Positions 1-9,482 of a DNA stretch of 64,000 nucleotides are shown piece by piece; position 1 is the first letter of the stretch, and the number at the start of each line of letters is the position of its first letter. The DNA is from Thermoproteota archaeon (GTDB lineage: Archaea; Korarchaeota; Korarchaeia; Korarchaeales; Korarchaeaceae), in the NCBI GenBank assembly GCA_026986575.1, contig JALSOH010000006.1, forward strand, positions 440,153 through 504,152, in the 5' to 3' direction. The position numbers were made by a program, and so were the translations under genes. Below the pieces are notes generated by a model, which searched no databases, was not told the origin of the DNA, and saw only the letters and a program-made list of their open reading frames with translations.

Positions 1-4
1 ACGG

Positions 5-1603
5 CTTTCAATCTTCGCTCCTTAGGAGCCCTGATTGCTTCGTTCCGAGTTTCTAGCTCTAGTTCGCTTCCTTATACGCTTTTCTTTCAATCTTCGCTCC
101 TTAGGAGCCCTGATTGCTTCATCTCAAGAGAGGGGGCTCTAGAGACAGGAGGTACTTCAGAACTTTCAATCTTCGCTCCTTAGGAGCCCTGATTGCTTCA
201 GGAGTATGCCCGTGCATATGATCAGATCGAGGATGTTGTCGAGTTCAAGTTGGGTTTGGTCTTTCAATCTTCGCTCCTTAGGAGCCCTGATTGCTTCTCT
301 GCATTTGGAGGGTGACCCCCCCATCTCCCTTCTCTTTCAATCTTCGCTCCTTAGGAGCCCTGATTGCTTCGAGTTCTCTTAGCTGATTTGATCTTCACCC
401 AAGGAGGTAAGCTTTCAATCTTCGCTCCTTAGGAGCCCTGATTGCTTCAAGAGGATAGAGCATTATTCTCTCTAGATCTCCCTCCATCTTCTCAGCTTTC
501 AATCTTCGCTCCTTAGGAGCCCTGATTGCTTCGTGTAAGCAAAGATGAGAGTCTTAGATCTCTTTTTTGGCATGGGTCTTTCAATCTTCGCTCCTTAGGA
601 GCCCTGATTGCTTCAGGGATTACTTTGGGTATCCCTACTTTGATGTGTCTTTCTTTGGAACCTTTCAATCTTCGCTCCTTAGGAGCCCTGATTGCTTCGG
701 TAAGCTCGACCCAGTCCTCGTCCATGCGATCGAGGTGCAGCTTCTCTTTCAATCTTCGCTCCTTAGGAGCCCTGATTGCTTCTACAAGCAGAAGAGGTGG
801 CTGACTAAGAAAGAGCTGGCCGAAAGCTTTCAATCTTCGCTCCTTAGGAGCCCTGATTGCTTCATCTTGACTGGAGGGTGCTCGGCTATCAACCAGATGT
901 CGTGTACTCTTCTTTCAATCTTCGCTCCTTAGGAGCCCTGATTGCTTCTATAAATCAGCCTTCTTTCGGTGAGGGAGAGATAAAAAGGATTTTCCTTTCA
1001 ATCTTCGCTCCTTAGGAGCCCTGATTGCTTCGGCCGAAATACAGGATAAAATAGCGAAAAAGCTCCAGCTAGCGACCTTTCAATCTTCGCTCCTTAGGAG
1101 CCCTGATTGCTTCTGCCAGCCTACACATCAGTAGACAGGGAAAGGGGATGGGTGTACTCCGACTTTCAATCTTCGCTCCTTAGGAGCCCTGATTGCTTCA
1201 AGGCATTCCTCATTGAGATAAAGAGGACTAGGGGAAGCTTTCAATCTTCGCTCCTTAGGAGCCCTGATTGCTTCAATCGTGAATCTGACCCCGCACAACA
1301 TATCCGTCTTCGTCGCTGGCTTTCAATCTTCGCTCCTTAGGAGCCCTGATTGCTTCGCGAGGAAGGACAGGGGCTACCTCACTCAGTCTCAGAAGGAACT
1401 TTCAATCTTCGCTCCTTAGGAGCCCTGATTGCTTCGTACAGAAAAAGTGTCTCACCGAAGGAGATCATTGTTGTGTTAAGACTTTCAATCTTCGCTCCTT
1501 AGGAGCCCTGATTGCTTCGAAGGAGCTGGCTAAGGCCAAAGCTGGTACGGTACCCACTCCTCCTGACTTTCAATCTTCGCTCCTTAGGAGCCCTGATTGC
1601 TTC
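5..1603 (-). CRISPR. CRISPR array: 20 identical 37-bp repeats, 19 spacers of 36-61 bp; probably continues beyond the left edge
   Basis: Repeat CTTTCAATCTTCGCTCCTTAGGAGCCCTGATTGCTTC starts at 5, 84, 163, 261, 334, 412, 496, 578, 662, 746, 827, 912, 995, 1077, 1163, 1238, 1320, 1399, 1482 and 1567. The reverse complement ends in ATTGAAAG (typical 8-nt crRNA handle) and has an internal hairpin GCTCC-TAA-GGAGC. The AT-rich flank on the right implies minus-strand transcription. Confidence 0.99.
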
Positions 1604-1903
1604 CGATGCTGGGATATCCTCTTACTAAATAAAGACAACTATCCGCCTGTTTCACTAATATTATACAGTTATGAAATGTCCTCGTATCTTGCTTGTATAT
1701 AAAGGGATTATGAGAAGATTAGGGACAAATGCATTTGCCAGTAATGAAACAAATAAGGCCACCATAACGTAAAGACTCTATAAATAATCCGAATTAGATT
1801 TAATCAATTTTAGTTAATGCTTGGTCTTATTGTTAATTCATTAATTGTTGAATCCCGTGCAGGAAGATAAAGATTATCTCGCTTTACACCTACTAACTAG
1901 TCT
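1604..1903 (-). promoter_or_regulatory. CRISPR leader / divergent promoter region
   Basis: AT-rich, ORF-free ~300 bp adjoining the terminal repeat, with TATA-like tracts (TATATAAA ~1696, TATAAATA ~1778). Confidence 0.8.
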
Positions 1904-2644
1904 ATGCTCAAGTATGAGAATGTGACCAAAAGCTACGGGGCCGTACATGCGCTCAGAGGAGTATCTGTCCATTTTCAACCAAGTAAAATACACGCTATCC
2001 TTGGTCCAAACGGTTCGGGCAAGTCTACATTAATGAAAATGGCTATTGGTCTCGTTAAACCGGATTTGGGGACAGTTAGGGTGTATGGGATAGATCCGGT
2101 GGAGGATCCTATATCGGCTAGGAAGATAGTGGGGTACGCTCCCGAGGAGATAGTGATATACGAGAGCCTCACGCCAGCAGAGTACCTCAGCTTCCTCGGC
2201 TACATTTACGGCATCCCGAAGGATGGGCTGGAGATCCGATTGAAGACTCTGATCAAGATCTTCAAGATGGAGGAGCACATGGGGAAGCTGGGAGGGGAAC
2301 TCAGCCACGGCAACAGGAGGAAGCTCCTCATCATGTCCGCCCTGATACACGATCCGAAGGTACTCATACTGGACGAGCCCTTCTCTGGACTCGATCCCGA
2401 GATAGCGAGAGTTCTGAAGGAGCTAATGAGGAAGTACGCGGAGGAAGGGAGGATCGTCATCTTCTCCACTCACATACTGGAACTGGCTGAGGCGGTGGCT
2501 GACGAGGTCACCATAATGCACTTGGGCGAGGTTGTGGCGAAGGGACCAATGGAGGAACTCAGGGGAAAGAAGGACCTCGAAACCTACTTCCTCGAGGTCA
2601 CGGGCCTAACCTCAGAGCTGGAGGAGTTGTTGAAGGCCCTCTAG
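1904..2644 (+). CDS. ABC transporter ATP-binding protein (ABC-2/exporter type)
   Basis: Walker A GPNGSGKST, signature LSHGN, Walker B LILDEP, H-loop STH. Confidence 0.95.
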   Translation: MLKYENVTKSYGAVHALRGVSVHFQPSKIHAILGPNGSGKSTLMKMAIGLVKPDLGTVRVYGIDPVEDPISARKIVGYAPEEIVIYESLTPAEYLSFLGYIYGIPKDGLEIRLKTLIKIFKMEEHMGKLGGELSHGNRRKLLIMSALIHDPKVLILDEPFSGLDPEIARVLKELMRKYAEEGRIVIFSTHILELAEAVADEVTIMHLGEVVAKGPMEELRGKKDLETYFLEVTGLTSELEELLKAL

Positions 2645-2652
2645 GTGATCTC

Positions 2653-4140
2653 ATGTCTTGGCGGAGGATAGCTGAGGTCGTTGCTAGGGAAGCAGCCTAC
2701 AGGTCGAGGAGGGAGGCTGAAAGGAGCCTCCGCTTCTTCAGGATGAGCGGAGGGAGCATGCTCAAGTACAACGCGTTCCTCCTCGCTGTGTTTACCTTCA
2801 TGTCCTCCATGATCGGCCTGAGCGCCTTCAGCGGGCCCGAGGTGGCATATCTAACCCTGATAATGCTGTTCCTGATGGAGATCCTTATGGGAGTGCTATT
2901 CATGGCCCTCAACCTCCAAGTACTCGTCTCGGACAGGCTCCTCGATCCGATATTCCACCTCCCGGTGAGCGAGCCTGAGATAAGGAGGGCGCTCCTCTGG
3001 GTGGGCATCTACTGGGGAGGCGCCGCCTTACCCTTCGTCCTGATTCCCGGGGCTGCCGTGGAGTCCTACCTCTTAAGAGATCCCCTCATCCTGGTGGGGG
3101 CGATAATGGGCTCACTCATCGCCTTGGTCCTGTCAATGGCCCTCGGCTACTTGGCAGGTTCTCTAGCCACTAGGTACACGAGGAGTCTTAAGGGAAGGGC
3201 CGTCTCCACGGTAGTTTGGCTCCTAGTCCTGAGCGTGGGATTCATCATGGGCCCCCTTATGGACGCTGTCTCCCAGCTCTACGAGGGCGGAGCCGTTCAA
3301 GCTCTGTACATGGTACCCCCGATAAGCTTTGCAGTGATGTTCGAGAGCTCCGGGGCCCTGTTGTCCTCTCTTCTCCTAGTTCTAGTCTCATATATCCTAT
3401 TCAGGACTGGTACATCCAGATTCTGGAGGGTGGTCACGAGAGGAGAAGTCCCCTTGCCCAAGAGACCGGCTAAATGGAGCCTGAGTTTCGGTTTCACTGC
3501 CGCCTTAATGAAGGAGGTGAAGATGGCCACTAGGACACCCAGGATCTTCGCATCCATCATAATGTATTCCTTTATCTTCCCACTCGTCTTTATATTCCCC
3601 TTCTTCAGCGAGGGACTGCCACAGGGGTTTTCGGGTTTCCTCGCCCCCCTGGTCCTCGCGGTAGGGGGTCTCGGTGGCTTCTCCATCCTTTACCTTTACG
3701 TGATGGAAGCCTCTGGAGCCAAAACCCTATACTCGCTCCCCCTCACGAGGGGCAGGGTAGCCTTGGTGAAGTTTTACACATTCCTGACGGTAAACATGCC
3801 CGTAGCGATTCTGATAGCGGCAGCGCTCGCTGTGCTAATGCCCAACGGTGCAATACCCGCCCTCATATATCTGGCAGCCCTCTCCGGATCAGCCCTACTA
3901 AATTCACTGACCTACGCTCTTCTCTTACCGAAGGAACCCTCCCACTGGTCCACCGAGACCTTCGGCAGAACTCTCGTGGCGGTACTCTTCCTGATAGAGG
4001 GGATGGCCTACTTCTCCGTGGGAATCGCCTCCCTCTTCCTGCCTAATGGGCTCCGGGCTACTACTTCCCTCATCACCTTAGCAGCGATCTGGATCGTGGA
4101 TTCGATCCTCCTCACCGTGAGTGGAAGGAGGGCCTTGTAA
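2653..4140 (+). CDS. ABC-2 type permease, multi-pass membrane protein
   Basis: 495 aa, about 12 hydrophobic segments, directly after the ABC ATPase, GGTGA RBS. Confidence 0.8.
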   Translation: MSWRRIAEVVAREAAYRSRREAERSLRFFRMSGGSMLKYNAFLLAVFTFMSSMIGLSAFSGPEVAYLTLIMLFLMEILMGVLFMALNLQVLVSDRLLDPIFHLPVSEPEIRRALLWVGIYWGGAALPFVLIPGAAVESYLLRDPLILVGAIMGSLIALVLSMALGYLAGSLATRYTRSLKGRAVSTVVWLLVLSVGFIMGPLMDAVSQLYEGGAVQALYMVPPISFAVMFESSGALLSSLLLVLVSYILFRTGTSRFWRVVTRGEVPLPKRPAKWSLSFGFTAALMKEVKMATRTPRIFASIIMYSFIFPLVFIFPFFSEGLPQGFSGFLAPLVLAVGGLGGFSILYLYVMEASGAKTLYSLPLTRGRVALVKFYTFLTVNMPVAILIAAALAVLMPNGAIPALIYLAALSGSALLNSLTYALLLPKEPSHWSTETFGRTLVAVLFLIEGMAYFSVGIASLFLPNGLRATTSLITLAAIWIVDSILLTVSGRRAL

Positions 4141-5527
4141 CTTCCCTCTCCCCCTTACTCTCCATCTCCGACTCTGAAGAGGGCCAAAGCAGGTCCTCCC
4201 TGAGGGAGCCCATCAGGCACACGTATGATATGAAGATCCCCAAGCTCATTACCATTAGTGAGGGCTCCACCAAGTAGGTCAGCCAGACGTTCCCGTATGG
4301 ATTGGGGGAGTAAGGACCGGGCGGGTTCCCGAGCATGTACAGGTTCACGGATATGGCCGCTGCACCGAAGCCCAGCAAGGAGAACCATCCTCCTAGCTTG
4401 ACCCACTTGGACGTCCCTAGGAGGTCGGCGGGCCAGCTCAGGTATATCAAGAGGACGATGATCCCCCACATGCCCACCAGGATGTGCCAGTGTCCCACGT
4501 TGTAGGCCAGCTCGGCCCAATCCCACAGGGGATCTCTGAAGGGTGGGTTGAAGAAGAGGGGCTTCCTCAAGCTCATGGCTACCAAGGCACCGGGAATCGT
4601 GACCGACAGCCACATTATCGCATTACCGGTGAGGAGCCCCCACTTCAAACTATCTCCCTTTGCCTTGAGGCTGAGGAGAGTTGTCCCTACCAGCAGGATG
4701 AGGGCTGCTGGAGTTATGATCACATGGGCCACCTTTCCGAACGGCCAGACGGCGAAGCTAGCCACTGCAGCCATTAGCTGTCCCAGCCATATCAGGTGGA
4801 GGGCTAGCCTAGACACCCCCCTCTCTTCCACCCTCAGGAGGCTCACTGCTACCAGGAAGACCAAGCTAAGGGCTAGGAGAAGCATCGCGTGCTCGTGAGC
4901 AGTAAGAGCCCTCCAAAGGGAATCCTCCTCCGCAAGATCGGGATTGAACCGCGCCTCGATGAGGGCCTTCAATAAACCCGATCTCCCCTCCATGAAACTG
5001 GATCCTAGGTAACCTCCGATCACGGAGCCAGCGAGCATGAGAACGCCAGATAACCTTAGGTTGGATTCAAGCAGGTTATGGGGATGAAGCCTCAAAACTG
5101 TCAGCAATCCGGCTAGGAATATGGCAGCAAGGCCTGTTATGAATAGCCCATGCCACAGGTGGAAGGATCCGGCGTAGGAGTAAGCGAGCCCCCCTAAAAC
5201 TGTAAGGACAGAGCCCACGGAGAACAGGTTTATTAAATCATTTCCCAGTCTCATCCTCGTTATCAAAGGTATCATGGAGGCATAAATGAGTAGAGAGAAG
5301 ATTGTGTGGTAGATGAAGGTTATCCTGGCTAAGTACTCTTCTCCTTCATTTATCGAAATTATCTCAGCCGCCCCTACGCTCTCATTATATCTACTACCTG
5401 GGAGGTGAACGGGCAATCCCAAGTGAACCCTCACTTCGGTGAACTGTGGAGAGAGAATTACTAGAAAGCCTACTACTAGGACCAGTAGTGTCGACGAGAG
5501 AGCAATGTGGAAGCGGAGTTCATTCAT
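4112..5527 (-). CDS. 12-TM His-rich membrane protein, heme-copper-oxidase/NnrS-like architecture
   Basis: About 12 TM segments with His motifs YH, WH, AHEH, AH and GHWH. CDS is solid; the functional call is inference. Confidence 0.7.
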   Translation of the reverse strand: MNELRFHIALSSTLLVLVVGFLVILSPQFTEVRVHLGLPVHLPGSRYNESVGAAEIISINEGEEYLARITFIYHTIFSLLIYASMIPLITRMRLGNDLINLFSVGSVLTVLGGLAYSYAGSFHLWHGLFITGLAAIFLAGLLTVLRLHPHNLLESNLRLSGVLMLAGSVIGGYLGSSFMEGRSGLLKALIEARFNPDLAEEDSLWRALTAHEHAMLLLALSLVFLVAVSLLRVEERGVSRLALHLIWLGQLMAAVASFAVWPFGKVAHVIITPAALILLVGTTLLSLKAKGDSLKWGLLTGNAIMWLSVTIPGALVAMSLRKPLFFNPPFRDPLWDWAELAYNVGHWHILVGMWGIIVLLIYLSWPADLLGTSKWVKLGGWFSLLGFGAAAISVNLYMLGNPPGPYSPNPYGNVWLTYLVEPSLMVMSLGIFISYVCLMGSLREDLLWPSSESEMESKGEREVTRPSFHSR

Positions 5528-5564
5528 GAGATCCCCCTCTTCTTCCTGTTCAGACTTATTAACA

Positions 5565-5576
5565 TGACACCTGTCA
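5565..5576. promoter_or_regulatory. Palindromic operator TGACA-N2-TGTCA, copy 1
   Basis: TGACACCTGTCA about 40 bp upstream of the 5527 start; the same motif recurs at 6121-6132. Confidence 0.5.
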
Positions 5577-5643
5577 AATTGATGTAAGCTCGATGACCGA
5601 TACGCTTCGGCGAGTAGTGAATCGAACTATCGGTTTGAACAGA

Positions 5644-5937
5644 TTATCTCTTGAGGCGATTCTCCAACTCATTCAATACTTCATCAAAATCCTTACCTCT
5701 CCTAATGAGATCACCGATCTGGATCACCAATCTTTCTATCTCCGAGAACGTACCCTCGTCAAATTTCGTGTTAAGAATATAGTTTATGAGGGCGCCTATC
5801 CTCTCCGGATCCCCTGAGATCTCTTGCAGGTTTCTTAGTTCCTCAACTATAGCGCTTTCCCTCATCCTTCTGTATTTGTCCTCGCTATCACTTCTCAAAG
5901 CTTCCTCCCAAGATTTGAAGAAGCCCATATTCATCAT
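5644..5937 (-). CDS. Hypothetical small helical protein
   Basis: 97-aa ORF with E/R/K-rich thermophile-like composition. Confidence 0.65.
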   Translation of the reverse strand: MMNMGFFKSWEEALRSDSEDKYRRMRESAIVEELRNLQEISGDPERIGALINYILNTKFDEGTFSEIERLVIQIGDLIRRGKDFDEVLNELENRLKR

Positions 5938-6090
5938 GAATAGGCGAAAGCTAGACTTAATAATGTAATCTTAGGCGCGCATTCCTCATGAAAACGAGGC
6001 TGGACAAGAATGGAGGTGAGATGATCTCCTGGGGTCCTAGAAAGAAAGTGTGAGATTACTAACAATATAAACCTGAACCTAGAATTTGAA

Positions 6091-6104
6091 TTAGGTTAAC
6101 CTAA
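6091..6104. promoter_or_regulatory. DtxR/MntR-type metal-responsive operator
   Basis: Perfect palindrome TTAGGTTAACCTAA upstream of the DUF438 gene; matches the TTAGG-N4-CCTAA geometry of DtxR-family boxes. Confidence 0.6.
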
Positions 6105-6119
6105 ACTTTAATAGGTAAT

Positions 6120-6133
6120 ATGACACATGTCAT
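6120..6133. promoter_or_regulatory. Palindromic operator TGACA-N2-TGTCA, copy 2
   Basis: ATGACACATGTCAT immediately before the likely start codons (6135-6144). Confidence 0.5.
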
Positions 6134-6143
6134 AATGATGGCT

Positions 6144-7454
6144 ATGAGCAGGCAGGAGTGGATGGAGGAGAAGCTTGATCAGGTGAGGGAGATCCTTAAG
6201 GAGCTACACAAGGGTGCAGATTTTGAGGAACTCAAAGAGAGGTTCAGGGAGGTACTTCGCGGCGTATCCCCATGGGAAATACCCTTGGTGGAGCAGGAAC
6301 TGGTGGCCCAAGGCATCTCTCCCCTTGAGATAGCCGCTCTCTGCGATCTCCACGTCGCCCTCTTCAGGGAATCTCTTATGGACTCCCGCTTGGAGGGTAT
6401 CGAACCGGGTCACCCTCTGGACACATTCCTTAGGGAGAACGAGGAGATCCTCAAAGACTCTGAGAAGCTCATGCTCTACGCGAACTCCCTCCCCAAGGTA
6501 GAGGGAGGCAGCAGGAAGGAGGTGTTCGATCAACTCAGTAAACTCGCCTCGGAGCTGAGGGGGATAAGGAGGCACTTTGTTCGATTACAGTTCCTTCTCT
6601 TCCCCTACATAGAGAGGAGAGGACTAACTGCGGTTCCGAGAGTTCTCTGGACGAAGCAGGATCAGGTAATGGCAAAGATAAGGAAACTGAACCAGATACT
6701 ATCCGAGGGGAAGTTGGAGGATGCGGAGTACATATTGGAACTCAGGTCCCTCTCGGACGAGCTCTCTAGGGCATTGGTGGACATGGTGTTCAGGGAGAAC
6801 AGGATACTCTATCCGACTGTCAGGATCCTACTGAGCGAGGAAGAGTGGTCCGCCGTCAAGCTGGAAGAGCCCGAGGTGGGTTACTACAAGGTCGAGCCTA
6901 GAGAGGGCTGGGAGCCCAAGGATCCGGTGTACCCTCACGAGGTGGAGTCGGGCATAACCGAGGAGCAGATATCCCGCATGCCCGAGGAAATGAAGGCTAT
7001 GACCTCCCTCATGGAAAAAAGGGACGATCACGTACTGGTGAGGGCTGGCGACTTGGAGCTGAAAAACGGTTACATCTCCCTGAAGGAGATGGACGCCCTC
7101 CTGAGGACCTTACCCTTTGAGATAACCTTCGTGGATGCTGATGACAGGCTCCGCTACTACAATTACAGGCCGGGACTCATATTCTACCGCTCGAGGACGG
7201 TGCTGGGGAGAAAGGTGGAACTCTGCCACCCGCCGGGCAGCGTCCACATAGTGAAGAAGATCGTGGAGGAGTTCAGAGCGGGCAAGAGGGATGTGGCTGA
7301 GTTCTGGATAGATATGGGGGGAAGAAAAGTGTACATAAGGTACTTCCCCGTCAGGGGGGAGGACGGCGAGTACCTTGGAACGGTGGAGGTGGTTCAGGAC
7401 ATTACCGACATAAAGGGGATAGAAGGGGAGAAGAGACTTCTAGGCGAGGCCTGA
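6144..7454 (+). CDS. DUF438 + hemerythrin-like + PAS_10 domain protein
   Basis: LHKG...EIPLVEQELV...LCDLH (DUF438); GHPL..F..EN and LFPY/FRENRILYP (hemerythrin-like); EITFVDADD..RYYN..V.LCHPP (PAS_10). Start uncertain (6120-6144). Confidence 0.9.
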   Translation: MSRQEWMEEKLDQVREILKELHKGADFEELKERFREVLRGVSPWEIPLVEQELVAQGISPLEIAALCDLHVALFRESLMDSRLEGIEPGHPLDTFLRENEEILKDSEKLMLYANSLPKVEGGSRKEVFDQLSKLASELRGIRRHFVRLQFLLFPYIERRGLTAVPRVLWTKQDQVMAKIRKLNQILSEGKLEDAEYILELRSLSDELSRALVDMVFRENRILYPTVRILLSEEEWSAVKLEEPEVGYYKVEPREGWEPKDPVYPHEVESGITEEQISRMPEEMKAMTSLMEKRDDHVLVRAGDLELKNGYISLKEMDALLRTLPFEITFVDADDRLRYYNYRPGLIFYRSRTVLGRKVELCHPPGSVHIVKKIVEEFRAGKRDVAEFWIDMGGRKVYIRYFPVRGEDGEYLGTVEVVQDITDIKGIEGEKRLLGEA

Positions 7455-7480
7455 AATCGTGAAAATGCATTGGATGAAGG

Positions 7481-8179
7481 CTACCCCTCCAGATGGGCTC
7501 TCCTGCCCGAGACCTCCACATCACATCCTCCTTTCTTCACAGATACGATGGCCAGCTCGTTCTCAGCGAGCTCCCTCAGGGAGAGCGATAACGTCCCACA
7601 GGAGAGCTTAACCGTGCTCGTCCAGTTCAGGACGTAAATGCCATCCATCAATTTGATGTACTTGAGGCCTTGGACGGGCTGCCTCCAGTTGGTAAATATG
7701 CCCCTCGTATATATCACCTGGGGAGGGACTAGCCTGTGTTCAGAGCAATCTGGGATCTCCACGGATTCATTGGCCACTTTGACCGCAGCGCCCTCAGGCA
7801 TCCTGAGGAGCAGGACGGGTGTGTGGACGTACATGTCCATGAGCCTCTTATAGAAGGTCACATTCCTCTCAAGGATTACCTCATCTCCCTCCATTATCTC
7901 AATGGGAATCTCCTTCCTGATCTCCACATCAGCGGGGAAGAAAACCCAATATCTCAGGAGAGCGTAGCACTCACCGTCGCATGATATCAGAGCGGTCTCG
8001 ACGGAGGCGCTCCTACTCCCTGAGCTGCACCACCTAGTAAGCAGCTCATCCGCTGGAGGCCACGATACGGGGAGCTCCTCAATATCGGCCTTCTTAGGTC
8101 CGTTGACCGAGGAGTAGGCTAGGGCGATTAGCAGGAGGGCCGCTGCCACCACCAGAACTATCGCAACTGTCCTTATCAT
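7481..8179 (-). CDS. Hypothetical membrane-anchored extracellular protein
   Basis: N-terminal hydrophobic anchor, six Cys, 232 aa. Confidence 0.7.
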   Translation of the reverse strand: MIRTVAIVLVVAAALLLIALAYSSVNGPKKADIEELPVSWPPADELLTRWCSSGSRSASVETALISCDGECYALLRYWVFFPADVEIRKEIPIEIMEGDEVILERNVTFYKRLMDMYVHTPVLLLRMPEGAAVKVANESVEIPDCSEHRLVPPQVIYTRGIFTNWRQPVQGLKYIKLMDGIYVLNWTSTVKLSCGTLSLSLRELAENELAIVSVKKGGCDVEVSGRRAHLEG

Positions 8180-8309
8180 GAAACGACCGTGAGGCGCCTC
8201 TTACATCAGATAAAAGGCTGGCGCCTCGTCAACCTTAAATTGGTCCTACAGGACGATGGCCCTATGACAGGTGACCTCCTTTGGCCCTGATTTAAAGGAG
8301 GGTAATCGC

Positions 8310-9482
8310 ATGTCCCCGAATCAGGAGTTCAGAGTGACGCCTTGGGAAGTCGAGGGGCTAGTGGACTACGACCGCCTGATAAAGGAGTTCGGCACTAAGC
8401 CCCTAACTGAGGACCTCATCGAGAAGACGAGGGAGCTCACCAAGAGCGAACTTCCGCTCTTACTAAGGAGGAGGTTCTTCTTCTCCCACAGGGACTACGA
8501 CTTGGTGCTGAAGGACTACGAGAAGGGTAGGGGTTTCTTCCTCTATACGGGAAGGGGACCCTCCGGTCCGATGCACATAGGACACATAATCCCCTTCTAC
8601 ATGACCAAATGGTTCCAAGAGAAGTTCGGAGTGAACCTCTACATCCAGATAACGGACGACGAGAAGTTCGTGTTCAAGCCGGAGCTGAACTTCGAGGAAA
8701 CGAAGAGGTGGGCCTACGAGAACATCCTAGACATAGCGGCAGTGGGCTTCGACCCCGACAGAACCTTCATATTTCAAGATAGTGAGTACACCGAGATATA
8801 CGAGCTGGCTGTCCCCATCTCCAAGAAGATAACGTTCTCCACGGCCAAGGCCGTGTTCGGATTCACTGAGAGCAGCAAGATAGGGATGATATTCTTCCCT
8901 GCAGTTCAGGCGGCCCCGACCTTCTTCGAGAGGAGGAGGTGTCTCATACCTGCCGCAATAGATCAGGACCCTTACTGGAGGATCCAGAGGGATGTGGCCG
9001 AAAGCTTGGGCTACTACAAGACCGCCGCCATACACGGAAAGTTCTTCCCGCCTCTCACAGGACTGTCGGGGAAGATGAGCGCCAGCATGCCTGAGACGGC
9101 GATATACCTGACAGATGATCCCGAAACGGTGAGGAAGAAGATATGGAAGTTCGCCTTAACCGGCGGACAAGCGACGGTGCAGGAGCAGAGGGAGAAAGGG
9201 GGTAATCCGGAGAAATGCGTGGTCTTCAAGTGGCTCGAGATGTTCTTCGAGCCCGATGACGAGAAGCTACTGCAGAGGTACGAGGACTGCAAGTCCGGCA
9301 AGCTGCTATGCGGGGAGTGCAAGAATTACCTCATAGAGAAGGTGCAGAGCTTCCTGAAGGAGCATCAGGAGAGGAGGAAGAGGGCCGAGCCATTGGTGAG
9401 GCAGTTCAAGTATACGGGGAAGCTGGCCAGGGAGATGTGGGAGCGATCCATACCCAAAGAGCTGAGAGGAGGAGAGGTATAA
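8310..9482 (+). CDS. trpS: Tryptophan--tRNA ligase (canonical archaeal type)
   Basis: VTPWEV, YTGRGPS, HIGH, IQITDDEK, AIDQDPYWR, KMSAS, TGGQ..EQREKGG, CGECK. Confidence 0.97.
   Translation: MSPNQEFRVTPWEVEGLVDYDRLIKEFGTKPLTEDLIEKTRELTKSELPLLLRRRFFFSHRDYDLVLKDYEKGRGFFLYTGRGPSGPMHIGHIIPFYMTKWFQEKFGVNLYIQITDDEKFVFKPELNFEETKRWAYENILDIAAVGFDPDRTFIFQDSEYTEIYELAVPISKKITFSTAKAVFGFTESSKIGMIFFPAVQAAPTFFERRRCLIPAAIDQDPYWRIQRDVAESLGYYKTAAIHGKFFPPLTGLSGKMSASMPETAIYLTDDPETVRKKIWKFALTGGQATVQEQREKGGNPEKCVVFKWLEMFFEPDDEKLLQRYEDCKSGKLLCGECKNYLIEKVQSFLKEHQERRKRAEPLVRQFKYTGKLAREMWERSIPKELRGGEV

Noticed and set aside
513-1340. Four ORFs in the track over the CRISPR array
   Set aside because: They are translations of repeats and spacers (recurring EAIRAPKERRLK / FQSSLLRSPDCF).
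1904-5527. Genes next to the CRISPR leader as possible cas or accessory genes
   Set aside because: They are an ABC exporter pair and a membrane protein; no Cas, RAMP or CARF motif was recognised anywhere in the window.
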